Assembly: GCA_000004985.1 (NCBI GenBank)
Contig: GG738891.1
Origin: Naegleria gruberi
Taxonomy: Eukaryota
Direction: 5' to 3' (one strand)
DNA: 64,000 nucleotides
This document shows positions 54,001-64,000 of this stretch, one piece after another; position 1 is the stretch's first letter, and the number at the start of each line of letters is the position of its first letter. The notes beneath the pieces are model-generated. The model saw only the letters and a program-made list of their open reading frames with translations, did no database searches and was not told where the DNA came from. The position numbers and the translations under genes are program-made.

Positions 54001-57000
54001 ATAGAGGTTGGAGAGTTTGGATTTTCAAAGAGAAGTAAGAACAAGTGTTGAATGATTGACTCAGTGTGAGGCACGAAGGCAACACCATTAGTCTCAATAG
54101 TCTGGTAAATTGATACGATTGAGCTCTTTTGAACGTCTTCTTCTATAATCTTTGAAAGAGCAAGCAAGAAGCTAACTGTTGATGGTAAGGAAGCTCTACT
54201 CTTAAGAGCACCAATGGCTCTATTGACTGAACCGAGAGCTAAAGCTAAACCAGATTTGAGGGCAATATTAGTAGTGAGGATCTTTTCCTGGCAACGCTTA
54301 ACAAGGTCATTGAGTAAAATATCTCCTATAAGTTTACCAAATGAGTGCATACATTCGGCAGCAGCAGCTCTCACAAATGAATCTGAAAACCCTAAAGCAG
54401 CATTCAGAATGGAATGTACTTGGGTGAAAAATTTGTGTTTCCTGTTTTCTTCAATATTTGTCTCTAAATTTCTGAGAATGCAATAAACAGAAGCAACAAC
54501 GTTACTGAAAATGCACAACCCAACATCGGCTGGTCCTGTTTCTTCATCAAGTCTACTTCTTAAAGGTGTTGATGATGGAGAGATGAAGTTATTGGCAAGA
54601 GCTGTTTTGATTTGTTGTACTAAATGTTCAATAATTTGGGTCTTGGAGTTTGGTTTGTGGTAAATAAATAATTTTCCTAACAATCTGATTGAGGAGTCAA
54701 CTAATCTGACAGCCAGTGATGGTAATTTCAAATAAATACTTTCAGAATAGAATAAATTAGAAATATTATCAAATAAAACACAAGCTGCATCTAAACTATC
54801 AACTGATATTGAGGTTACTTTGCTTTCGATTGCTTCCAATTTGACTTTAAGATCAACCATTGAATCAACAAGAGAAGTTCTAACTGGTACTGAATCTGTT
54901 GATGTAGCATCAGCCTCAGCAAATGCCATCTTGGTAACAAAATTGATGACGTGTCTATGTTGAGGTAATTGCAACTTGCTGTCAACAGATGGTACATATG
55001 CAAGCATTACTTCTGGAAGTTTTCCAATCAAGTTAAATAAATTCATCTTGAGTAATCTTATTGAGTATAACCCTATTGAAGTAGTAGATTTAAAGTTGGT
55101 AGGTAAACTAGAGAGCAACTCAATGGTGGAGGAAATATATCCGAAAATCAAGTTCATCTTTTCTGGTGTGAGTAAAGGAGCACAATTAGTAATAAAAACT
55201 TGCAATGAAAGAAGGCAGCAAGCTCTAGATCTGAGTCTATATGTAATAATTTCCTCCTTAGTTGTATAAGTAATAGGTTCTTCATACTTTCCACTCATTG
55301 TTTCATTCCATAATTCGAGAATCTTCTCTAAATTATTCTTTACCCAGTAATCATTGAGAGAAAGAACTGAACAGATAAGTATCCAACAAGATTCTTGTCT
55401 CTTCATAGATACATAAATATCATCAATATCTCGATGAGCTGCTTTACCAAGCAGACATGCTGTATCTAAAACAGCAGAGCACAAACTATGAGAAATAGTC
55501 AAGCTATGTTTGGCAGATACAGTAATTAACGCAGCCAAGGCACATGAATGTCCATGTAACGAATTAGCATAATTTTTGATATTTTCATCCCTCTTGGAAG
55601 CTGTTGCTAATTCACCATGATCAATTTGTACCATGTTCATCAAAGCACTAATTAGACCTGTTGAGTGTGATGGTAAAGCTTCCATGAGTTGCTTAATTGT
55701 CAATGCTCCAACATATCTCACATTTTCAGATGGATATTTAAGACTACATAAAATAGCATCCAAAATAGAATCTCTTTGTTTAGAAACACATTCTCCTAAA
55801 ACTCTACATAATTTTCCTATACAATATAGCACAGTTGTAAAACAACTCTCATTGGACAAAACTGTATGGCCAACAACTAATTGAACTAAATTTGATAGTA
55901 AAGAAAGTCTTCCTGCTTCTGTTAATCTATCAATAAGACCAATACTAATCATTTTAGTTACATAGGTTTGGGCATATTTCTTGTCATTGTTTGTAATGTT
56001 GTTTGAACTGATCGAGATGAGTCCTGTTAAATTTCTTACAATTGTATCCATATTGTTGATAATGACTTCCTCTGGGCATTTAGAGAAGAAATAAATGATA
56101 CATGATGAAATAGCTGCTCTGAGCTCTTTTGTTTGTCCAATTCTTGTGAAAGGTGCTGTAGCAACCATGATGGCATACAGACAAGTGTATTCTTTAGAAC
56201 GTTTGGCTGTACTTCTTGGAGTTGTTCCACCATCTTCATTACCTACGGAATCATAAACACCTGTGTCACTCATACATGATAGTAATAATTGTGCTGTGCT
56301 ATGACTAAACACTTCTCTAACTTCTTCATCCGTTTCCTCCATAGCTTTCAAAGAAATATTAAGAGAAGTTTCAAAGATTTTTAGATTAACATCCGAAGGT
56401 CTCGCATAATTGATAGCAACAGCAAGCATAAGTTGCCCACAAGCTACTTTCACTTGTTTGTTTGTTTCTTGTGTTCCTTTCATAATTAATTTCAAGTATT
56501 CAGTCCACTCATTCTTCACTCTCTTTTTAGAGTTTGCTACAAACTTTGTACATAATAATAACATTGATTCTTTCATCGGATCATCCTATAATAATCATCA
56601 AATATTAAATCCAAATAACAATAAAGTTATAACAATGTTTAAATAATTAATCAAATAATAAAGTATAATAACAATAAATCTATAATCTAACAATTAAAAA
56701 CAACTTACATTCAACTTCCACAATCGTGTAAAGAGGCCATTCATGATCAAATTAAATAAACTTGGAACAAGATGTGATTGTATCGAATAGGCCTCTCCGA
56801 GTATATCCAATAAACAGGAAATTTCGTTCAACTTTTGTGGATTTCTAGCAAGATTGGAGTGTTGTTCAAGTGATTGAATAATACGACTTGATCCGGATGG
56901 AATCAACGATGTTGGATTTATCCTATAAAATCTATTAAAACATCTACACAAAAGTCGTTTCGTGAGAGAAGGATTGCCAATATTTGTCAGAAAAGACACT

Positions 57001-57176
57001 GACTTTATCAATGTAACTTCAACATTCTTATCCAATTTATCATAACCAGTATTCTCCAAATAACCACACAAATCGGTGAATATCAGATAAATTTGTTGTT
57101 GTTGAGTACTATTTATCTTTTTGTTTTGTGAGGCAAGCGTACAAAACTGTGTTAGCTGAGAGAGACAGGCCTGCAT
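51039..57176 (-). CDS. HEAT-repeat protein of about 2000 aa, HEATR5/Laa1-like. Exons are 57176..56709 and 56585..51039.
   Basis: The two track ORFs are joined in frame by a 123-nt GTAAGT..TATAG intron (LWKLN|DDPMKESM). The size and all-helical repeat composition fit HEATR5B/Laa1. The N-terminal block PSLTKRLLCRCFNRFYRI resembles the HEATR5 N-terminus. The family call is from memory, at moderate confidence. Confidence 0.5.
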
Positions 57177-57435
57177 TTTTTATGATTTGAAATTGTCGTT
57201 GGATAATTTCCCTCTTCTCTCACCACTTATCACAAACAACAAACATATCATAAAAAAATTATTAAAAAAATATCAAATAATGAAACCTTAATCCCGAATA
57301 ATAATATTATTTCATTGTTTATGATGAAGACTTTGATTACATGACTGGTTTGTTGCAGAGACTGAAATCAAGAAATGAATATATTGCCAAGAAGTAGGAG
57401 GACTAAATTTAGTCATAATCATTCTTGCAATTTGT

Positions 57436-58998
57436 TTAATCAAATTTCCAACCAGAACTGAACATATTCTTGTAATTTCCTTCACTTTGAAAGATGCCAA
57501 AGGCCATATGATAAATACTATCAAGTATTTGAATTCTTTCTTTTCCAAAATCTGAGAATCTTCTTTTAAATTCATTCCATTCTAAATAATTAACCTTATT
57601 ATTGATAGATTTCAATCCAATCTTGAACAGTAAATATCTTGCCAATTTCATCTCTCCAATAATTTTTGTAATTCTGCACGGAATATTTGCTCCTAACTTG
57701 TATTGGAATGTGTTTATGACCTCATCCACTTTTTTACGGTCTTCTTCAGTTATTTGAGCAAATCTTTTTTCAAATTTCTCATCATTGTCATTCAATTCTT
57801 TCAAGTAAGCTCCAAGCTCCTCAGTTGATTTGAAATCATTAATGTCAATAAAAAGGCTTGAAGGAAAACCCCAATCCTTAATATTTTGAGCTCCTCTATA
57901 AATGATTAATAACTTGGCACCATTTTGAAGAGCTTTCACACCCTCAAAGAATTTCTCTGTAACGTAATCCTTTGAAATGGAATTCTCAGCAGCAAAATAG
58001 AATTTGCAATTATTCTCCAATTCAAATTGTTTTCCATCAGGGCCTTCTTGAGCATTTCTTCCACAACGTCCATACTGTCTTATTGGAATAAACTTGGATA
58101 ATGTGGTGAGAGTTTGATATCTTTCTTTTGCATAGGTTCCATCCTTGCAATTCGAAACAAAGGCACAAATTCCAGAATTTCCACTTCTTTTCTTTTTTCC
58201 AAAGAATGCACTCTTTGCCAACTCGATAGGATAATACAAATAATTTACCCAAACAGAGCAAGTTGACAAGTAACAAACGCTAATATCTGCAGTAGATTCA
58301 GAGAATCTCTTCATGGATTCAATATCTGAAACTGTTTGAGTGAGAGGTTGAATATTTTCATGAAGAACTGCCTCACTACACATAAAGATTGATAATCTTC
58401 TCATTCCTCTCCACATATTCTCACCATACAATTCATCAATTTTATGGGAACGAATCAAGCTTTGAGAACTTTCCAATTCTATAACTCTTTGAAATACTTC
58501 AATATTTCTCAATTCTTCCTCTTTTGTGCTGAGGAAGAATGGCTGAGAATATTCACACAACACTAAAACTGCATCCAAATTCAAACCTCTTTCTTTTGAT
58601 ACAATGTCAGCACTCTTATCTCCATATATTTTACTTGAATGTTGTCTAGTACATTTTGATGTATCAAAAGTTCTAAAATAGGAAAACATTGAATCACTTG
58701 TTGTCCAAGTATCTTGAAATCCTAACTTTGCCATGATTGGATCAGAAAATTTAGTATTTCCCAACATGTTATTTTCCAATTGTTTTCGGTACCATCCATA
58801 ACTTCCTTCGCTGTCTTGATATGGATTTGTTAATTGTAGAGCAATTGCTGTGAAAACATCGTGTGAAGGAAGGAAAATATTAGAAAGGAACCAAATTATT
58901 AAAACAGTAAAAATTATTATTCCATAGATCAAATGTTTCTTATTTCCAGTGATCTTTTTTAATAACAATTTAAATTTGTTGGTTTTGGCTTGTTTCAA
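57436..58998 (-). CDS. Alpha-1,3-fucosyltransferase of glycosyltransferase family 10. It is type II membrane topology. The 5' end is uncertain.
   Basis: The GT10 alpha-1,3-FucT motif is CKFYFAAENSISKDYVTEKFF (FxLxFENS...DYITEK). An N-terminal signal anchor is LIYGIIIFTVLIIWFL. The track start is TTG. There is no in-frame ATG between the upstream TAA (59074-59076) and the TM segment. An out-of-frame A-run ATG lies at 59093-59095. Confidence 0.65.
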   Translation of the reverse strand: MKQAKTNKFKLLLKKITGNKKHLIYGIIIFTVLIIWFLSNIFLPSHDVFTAIALQLTNPYQDSEGSYGWYRKQLENNMLGNTKFSDPIMAKLGFQDTWTTSDSMFSYFRTFDTSKCTRQHSSKIYGDKSADIVSKERGLNLDAVLVLCEYSQPFFLSTKEEELRNIEVFQRVIELESSQSLIRSHKIDELYGENMWRGMRRLSIFMCSEAVLHENIQPLTQTVSDIESMKRFSESTADISVCYLSTCSVWVNYLYYPIELAKSAFFGKKKRSGNSGICAFVSNCKDGTYAKERYQTLTTLSKFIPIRQYGRCGRNAQEGPDGKQFELENNCKFYFAAENSISKDYVTEKFFEGVKALQNGAKLLIIYRGAQNIKDWGFPSSLFIDINDFKSTEELGAYLKELNDNDEKFEKRFAQITEEDRKKVDEVINTFQYKLGANIPCRITKIIGEMKLARYLLFKIGLKSINNKVNYLEWNEFKRRFSDFGKERIQILDSIYHMAFGIFQSEGNYKNMFSSGWKFD

Positions 58999-59208
58999 GT
59001 CATGGAAGGAATGATCAGTACTTGGTTCGTGTGGTCTGCTTCTTCTGGTGAGGTTAGGAATAACACCACGATCTTAGTGAGTAGGAAGGTAACATTTTTT
59101 CACAACCTTTCAACTCTCTTTTGAAGTGTGACGCTGATAAAAGTCAAGACCGACTATTAAAAAGGAAATCGAGTTTAAAGAGCAAAATTCAAAATTAAAA
59201 TTGAGTGT

Positions 59209-61077
59209 TTAGTATTCAAAGCTTTGTACCAGGTTTTCTTCGTAAAGATCTTCCTCTTCTTCGAAACCATCAAACATTCTTCGAGAGTTAGATTCCTCAA
59301 TGTATTCATCCATTCCCACATTTACTGTACAAACTCTGCTGGGTATTGATTGTGAGACACTACTACTCTTATTGACATATTCCTCATCTTCTTCAGTTAA
59401 GCTGGCTAACATTGTGTTTCTTTCAATAAAACTGTCATGCTTTGATCTTTTTGGCTCCATATGGTCTTCATCCAACAGCACAATATCATCATCTTCAAAT
59501 AGTTGAGGATTATATCTCTTTTCTTCCTTAAATTTATAACTATTAATCGTCTTGATGCTCTTTCTTGGTGGGTATTGTAAGGAAAATTCTTCATTTGCAA
59601 TTTCTTCTTCCAGCTCATTGGATCCTTCTTCCTCTTCAATTTCCTCGTCACTAAAGTCTGTTTTTCCAAACAAGTCACTATTTGTATCCTCTTCATCTTC
59701 GTCTTCGTTATCCATTCCTCTAAATAACGTGTTCTTAGATGGTGTTGATCTAGAATCTTGTAACTTTACAGAGGTCAAACTCTTTTCCAGATTTGAGATG
59801 TTGTCATATGATTTTTGAATTGACTTTTTAGAGAAAGCTTCTGGAGGAGGCTGATAAAGAGGAGAATCGTCCAATTCATCGCCAATATCTTCCTCTGAAA
59901 TAATAATCATGTCATCATGAGAAGCAGAAGCTTGATAATGTTCTGGATGGTACTCTTCCTTTGGAGGTTTTTTTAAAATTCTTAATTCCTCTATTGAATA
60001 GTGTTGTGTGTCTTCTTCCAAAATATCGTCTTGTTCCTCTCTGTTTTCATACCTAGATATTTGAGAATCATTTGGGATATTGCTATGAGAAATTAATAGT
60101 ACATGATTTTGTTGCTTATTGGAGCTTCCTAGTTTGGATTGAACTTGACTCTTGTTGTTTTGTTTTGCAGTTTTGGTAATTGGTTTGGCTCCTTGCATGA
60201 CAAGAGCTTTGGAATTGGTTGGACTGGTGGTGTTTGGAGTTGTTATCATTCTTGGTAGAGCTGTTTGTGGTTTAGGTTCAGTTAGGAATGATGATTGGTC
60301 CAGTATCGATTCAGACATGTCAATATTGGTTGTGTTAGGTCTGTTTGAAGTTTTTGCCATTCTCCTTCCGAAGGCAATATGTGGTTTATCTTTTGATGTA
60401 TTCAATGGTTTCTCAATGGCGAGTGGTTTCTTCTTCAGAGCTAACTTTTCTTCTTCTGTCAGATATGAAGATGCATCTATCATGCATACGTTATTATCTC
60501 CCATATGTGTAAATGCCAATTTCTTCGGTATGAGTGCCTCCGTGACAGGATTCTGTCTTAGGGAGTATATTTTCCTTAACGTACAAGCTGGTCCAATACT
60601 AATCCTATCCATGCAATAGTACTCTTCCTTATCATTGAATGACATGGATGTCAGTTCTTGTAAATCAAAACATAAATTCATCCACTCTCCACTTTTTACA
60701 ACATCAGAAATTGGTATTTGCGTATGCAGTTGTGTCTTGGTAACAGTTTTAAAACTACTAGAGAAAATCAATCTCTTTTTGATTTGTTTTTTATCCCGAA
60801 TATGTATTTCTATTTGAAAAACTGATCCGATACAACATTGTAGTACTAAATATCGATGCATAATTTGTAGTGTTGATGTTGTCGATTTCGGAAGCTCAAT
60901 GTTCGTTGTATGAAAGGAACTTCCCTCAATACAAACAACAAACGATTTAACCTCTTTATCAAATTCTTTTTTTACCATCTTTGTATTCTTAATTGCAATA
61001 TTAGCAAGAGCACTCGATCCCTGAGTTGACAGCAATTCAATACTATCACCCGAACTTGAGGCAAGATTTGTCGACAT
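59209..61077 (-). CDS. CFAP20-domain (DUF667) containing protein, CFAP20DC-like, with a long acidic and Ser-rich C-terminal extension.
   Basis: The N-terminal about-190 aa align by eye with CFAP20: VVCIEGSSFHTTNIELPKSTTSTLQIMHRYLVLQ, KKRLIFSSSF, GEWMNLCFDLQELT and the C-terminal TLRKIYSLRQ against RIRRVYFSDR. ATG is at 61077. Confidence 0.55.
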   Translation of the reverse strand: MSTNLASSSGDSIELLSTQGSSALANIAIKNTKMVKKEFDKEVKSFVVCIEGSSFHTTNIELPKSTTSTLQIMHRYLVLQCCIGSVFQIEIHIRDKKQIKKRLIFSSSFKTVTKTQLHTQIPISDVVKSGEWMNLCFDLQELTSMSFNDKEEYYCMDRISIGPACTLRKIYSLRQNPVTEALIPKKLAFTHMGDNNVCMIDASSYLTEEEKLALKKKPLAIEKPLNTSKDKPHIAFGRRMAKTSNRPNTTNIDMSESILDQSSFLTEPKPQTALPRMITTPNTTSPTNSKALVMQGAKPITKTAKQNNKSQVQSKLGSSNKQQNHVLLISHSNIPNDSQISRYENREEQDDILEEDTQHYSIEELRILKKPPKEEYHPEHYQASASHDDMIIISEEDIGDELDDSPLYQPPPEAFSKKSIQKSYDNISNLEKSLTSVKLQDSRSTPSKNTLFRGMDNEDEDEEDTNSDLFGKTDFSDEEIEEEEGSNELEEEIANEEFSLQYPPRKSIKTINSYKFKEEKRYNPQLFEDDDIVLLDEDHMEPKRSKHDSFIERNTMLASLTEEDEEYVNKSSSVSQSIPSRVCTVNVGMDEYIEESNSRRMFDGFEEEEDLYEENLVQSFEY

Positions 61078-61479
61078 TTTTTATTCTTATTTTTAGATGA
61101 CAAACAGCCTCAATAGCAAACCTAAAAAAAACCGTAAATTCGCTTGATTGCTTGCGATTTTGATCATCATAACCTTCATGAAAAAATATATTAGAAAGTA
61201 AATATGGGAAATGAGAACACTGGAAGTGAAAAAAGCAATAAGGCAATTTTAAATAATAATAATAAATAATATTTAATATTAATGAACAAGTTTTCCCTCC
61301 ATCAAAAAAATGCCAGCAAAGAAAGTGAAGAGTAAAGACTCTACTACAACAACACAGCAACAACAGAGACATCCAAAACTAAGAAGAAGTCATCATCATC
61401 GAGTAGTAGTGCACCGAAAAAGTCTTCATCTTCGGGTAGTAGTGCTGCTACACCAAGTACTCCAACAATAGCATCGAAT

Positions 61480-62757
61480 GTGAATACAACATCAAAATCA
61501 TCATCAAAACAGGCATCAGCAACATCTTCTGTTGATTCTGTTCACAATTTATCATCATCTGTGGCTTCTCCTTCTCCCTCTGTAACAAAACCTAAAAAAA
61601 CAAGTAAGAAAACAAAAACTTCTTCATCTATAACTTCAGGCAGTGCTAGTAATTCTTCTGTTGCTGCTACAAGTGCTCCGATCATTCCACAAGCCTCTAT
61701 TCCTCCTTCCTCACAAATTGCAACCCCTGTAACTATAAATTATGCACAACAGGCAGTACCTCTGGCTTTTCCACCACAGTTTGCCAATAAGAATACCAAT
61801 CCTACACCACCATCAAATGTGGAGGTTCCATACTCGGAGGAAATCAGTAAAATGTTGATGGTATTTTGTTATACGAGCAGAATTGAGCCAAATGGAAATA
61901 GAATTATTGAAAGATATACTAGAAATCATTTAATTCAATTAATTTCAACAGCTTGTGAACAGATACAAAAATCAGCCACACAAACAGATAGTTCAATAAC
62001 TATTTCTCCAGATGACATTCTCTTCTTATTTAAAAATAATAGTCTAAAATTAGCTAGGATTGAAAATTTAATTAAAGTGAAGGAAATGAGGAAAAAGGAT
62101 GAAGAAAGTACATCAGAATCTGATCCAAAGAAGAGAAAACTTACAGCAATCCCATTATTAAAGGAAAAAAAGATTAAATATGATCCAATTTTAGAGATTG
62201 GACATTTTTCTGATGATGAGGATTTGGAAAATGAAAAATCAAGCTACGATCCTTTTGCCACATACATGCACGAAAAACGAAAGGCTGCTGATTTTTTAAC
62301 TAAATGTATGACAACAAATGAATATATGGAATTTACAAAGAATAGAGAGTCTGCAAACATGTTGACTAAGGGAACCAAAAAATTCAGACAATGGCTCGAC
62401 GTGTCGAACGATATCAAGATGAACGACCTTGTTTTAGAAATATTAGCAATGGAAGCTTTCGAAACTATTGGAATACTCTGTCAAGTAGCTCTCATAGTAG
62501 CTATCGATAGTCAAAATAGAAGAATATCACCATTCGAGGATGCTCTTTTCAAGTATGCTGGCTTACTGTCCGAGAGAGCCAGAAGGATGTACTCTCAACA
62601 TCCACAAGACCCGATAGACTTGGCCACTTCGAAACCAGTTCCAACTGTAAATAATAGTTTCCTTACTAATAATCACTTCCTTAGCGCAATCACCTTACTC
62701 CACCCACCAAGTTGCGGAAAACATTATAACCCTCTCAAATTTATTGTGAACATATAA
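61480..62757 (+). CDS. SPT3: SPT3/SUPT3H-like SAGA subunit (double histone fold) with a Ser/Thr-rich N-terminus. The 5' end is uncertain.
   Basis: ISKMLMVFCYTSRIEP...SPDDILFLFKNNSLKLARIENLIKVKEMRKK matches Spt3 IQQMMFV...LPEDVIFLIRHDKAKVNRLRTYLSWKDLRK. The track start is GTG. An A-run ATG at 61310 lies in another frame. Confidence 0.6.
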   Translation: MNTTSKSSSKQASATSSVDSVHNLSSSVASPSPSVTKPKKTSKKTKTSSSITSGSASNSSVAATSAPIIPQASIPPSSQIATPVTINYAQQAVPLAFPPQFANKNTNPTPPSNVEVPYSEEISKMLMVFCYTSRIEPNGNRIIERYTRNHLIQLISTACEQIQKSATQTDSSITISPDDILFLFKNNSLKLARIENLIKVKEMRKKDEESTSESDPKKRKLTAIPLLKEKKIKYDPILEIGHFSDDEDLENEKSSYDPFATYMHEKRKAADFLTKCMTTNEYMEFTKNRESANMLTKGTKKFRQWLDVSNDIKMNDLVLEILAMEAFETIGILCQVALIVAIDSQNRRISPFEDALFKYAGLLSERARRMYSQHPQDPIDLATSKPVPTVNNSFLTNNHFLSAITLLHPPSCGKHYNPLKFIVNI

Positions 62758-63319
62758 ACCCATATTCTTTTGAAGCGACATCAACTTTGAGGTATTTCAG
62801 TTTCTAAACAAGTTTTCAATGAAAAATTGCTTATTATACAAAAGAACTTAATCCTTAATGATGCTTAATGATGGAATTTACAGTAAAACAGAAATTTCTT
62901 TCCAAATATATAATAATAGAGTATTGAACCTCTAATGAGCAGATATATATTACATTTAATATTCTTAATAAATAGTTTCATTATTTGTAATTTCTATTTT
63001 TTGTAATATTTTTGGAATATCACAATTATCACCATCATTCAAATAACATTTACTTTTTAATGAATGAATATTATTTGATTGAGGTGTTGTATCAGAAACT
63101 CCACCTATTGTGGATGAAGAGGAGTGACGAATTGTAATCAAATTGTTTGATCAGATTTTAACTGAAAATCATAGTGAAAGTTCGTATGATTGTTGTAATA
63201 ATGAGAGCGGTTACAATTGATCATCCACCAATGGATTGGAAGGAGGGTTTCACCGCAAATTTTGCTAACTCCTAAACTTTGAATGCACATATTTGGAGAG
63301 ATTTTCAGCAAAAGAAAAA

Positions 63320-64000
63320 ATGTTTACAAACGACTTACTGTTTGTTGCATTGTGTCTTGTTTTCGCTCTTTATGTTGGTCAATTTGTCCATGTGACTAAT
63401 GGCCAAAATTGTTCAGCATCAAGTTTAGTTTCGAATTTCGCTATTGATCAAGCTGCCAATGTTCAATGTCAAATTGGCTACGCTCCAGACAAACTTTCAT
63501 TACAATGTAGACCCTATGACACTGTATTCGATGAAAATTATGGTAAACTTTGTAATGTCTCAAGTGATTGTCAATTAAGTTTCGTTTGTAGTGAATTGTC
63601 AAAGATTTGCGTTCCTTCCAAAACCAGAAGATTAGGAGACGCATGTCTTGCAAGAGAAAGTTGTGTAGAGCCATTCAATTGTTTTAACGGAGTTTGTTCC
63701 ATTGTAAAGGAAAGCAGTGATAGAAAATTTGGTGAAAAGTGCAATTTCATTGATTATGCCAATAATACAAAGCACTTATGTAATCCTACCTTTGCATGTC
63801 TAGCTGTTTCTTATCCAATTTATCACTGTTTTGAAAGAATAGAATCTGATATTGGTGGATTTTGTGGTCAGAACTCAACTTCTTTCCAAAGTGGTTCTTG
63901 TAAAGTGGGAATGTGCAATGCCATAACTGAACAATGTGTTCCATATCTTACCAATGCAACAGAAGGTCAAGGTTGTGAAATTATGACACCAAATTCGTAT
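63320..64000 (+). CDS. Secreted cysteine-rich repeat protein. It is 3'-partial and runs off the window.
   Basis: ATG at 63320 after an A-run. Signal peptide MFTNDLLFVALCLVFALYV. At least four repeats of G-x-C-x(5-8)-C-x(4-6)-C-x(4-6)-C modules are present. Confidence 0.45.
   Translation, partial: MFTNDLLFVALCLVFALYVGQFVHVTNGQNCSASSLVSNFAIDQAANVQCQIGYAPDKLSLQCRPYDTVFDENYGKLCNVSSDCQLSFVCSELSKICVPSKTRRLGDACLARESCVEPFNCFNGVCSIVKESSDRKFGEKCNFIDYANNTKHLCNPTFACLAVSYPIYHCFERIESDIGGFCGQNSTSFQSGSCKVGMCNAITEQCVPYLTNATEGQGCEIMTPNSY

Noticed and set aside
89-64000. ORF-track methionines at 4559-5092, 6979-9342, 9443-11398, 14266, 19591, 20606, 21331, 22383-23243, 47217-48236, 57436-58998 and 61480 taken as translation starts.
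   Set aside because: The underlying codons are TTG, GTG or CTG. I replaced these starts with the nearest supported ATG or an exon junction, or flagged them as uncertain.
1-64000. Assigning the window to Schizosaccharomyces, Caenorhabditis or Dictyostelium discoideum on the basis of GC content, short introns, F-box expansion or poly-Asn.
   Set aside because: Each fits only partly. S. pombe lacks GT10 FucT, E2F and poly-N. C. elegans uses GGA and CGT codons and TTTCAG acceptors, not seen here. D. discoideum prefers TTA over TTG, has higher AT, and lacks known cilia-associated genes. The organism is left open.

Overview
This window is AT-rich, gene-dense nuclear DNA from a eukaryote; it is not prokaryotic. 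By eye, coding regions are about 35% GC and intergenic DNA about 25%, with roughly one gene per 1.6-2 kb. I verified short GT-AG spliceosomal introns of about 45-150 nt by joining conserved protein motifs across them. Start codons sit in strong A-run contexts (AAAAAATG). Many proteins carry poly-Asn, Ser, Thr, Gln or Asp tracts. I cannot name the organism. The gene set fits an amoebozoan, dictyostelid-like lineage or an early-diverging flagellated fungal or protist lineage, and argues against Dikarya. It includes a mitochondrial SSB, E2F-like sites, a CFAP20-domain protein, a GT10 fucosyltransferase, a GATA factor and RGS and F-box/LRR proteins. A caution on the ORF track: it translates TTG, GTG and CTG starts as M, so several listed starts are not real ATGs. 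I re-derived starts and exon joins by hand where I could. The gene order, left to right, is as follows. A Ser-rich hypothetical and an F-box/LRR gene come first. A RhoGAP-WW gene follows, with one 99-nt intron. Then come a secreted hypothetical and tRNA-Phe(GAA). Next is a 787-aa fusion of an unknown N-terminal domain with an Hsp70-like ATPase domain. A GATA zinc-finger, AT-hook, F-box protein follows. Then come an Asn-rich hypothetical, a coiled-coil protein, an alpha/beta hydrolase (HGGG, GYSAG) and tRNA-Asp(GUC). A small two-exon gene is next, followed by a repeat-bounded element holding an inverted fragment of the downstream RGS gene. Mitochondrial SSB follows. Then come a hypothetical, a C2-RGS gene with three exons, and an F-box/LRR gene with two exons. 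A small hypothetical and a 939-aa F-box/LRR gene follow. A 5'-truncated GFA1 and a 5'-truncated NADP-IDH lie head-to-head across an N-gap. An acidic 2-exon hypothetical follows, and then a Ras-like GTPase with six exons including an 11-nt micro-exon. An ABCB half-transporter with four exons is next. An intronless M42-like peptidase and an Ariadne-type RBR E3 ligase follow. Next is a tRNA-Pro(UGG) gene split in its D-arm by a 768-bp insertion with an 8-bp target-site duplication. Then come an ankyrin-repeat protein and a 4-TM protein. Uridine-cytidine kinase with three exons follows, then a small 2-exon gene. Next is a bacterial-type alanine racemase with one intron. Type II pantothenate kinase follows. 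A roughly 2000-aa HEATR5/Laa1-like HEAT-repeat protein comes next. Then come a GT10 alpha-1,3-fucosyltransferase, a CFAP20-domain (DUF667) protein and an SPT3/SUPT3H homolog. A secreted Cys-rich repeat protein runs off the window end. No prokaryote-style defence island, CRISPR array, transposase or reverse-transcriptase ORF was seen. The most unusual loci are the disrupted tRNA-Pro with its repeat-bearing insertion, the captured RGS exon fragment, two bacterial-type enzymes that may be HGT (alanine racemase and the M42 peptidase), and several novel domain fusions.
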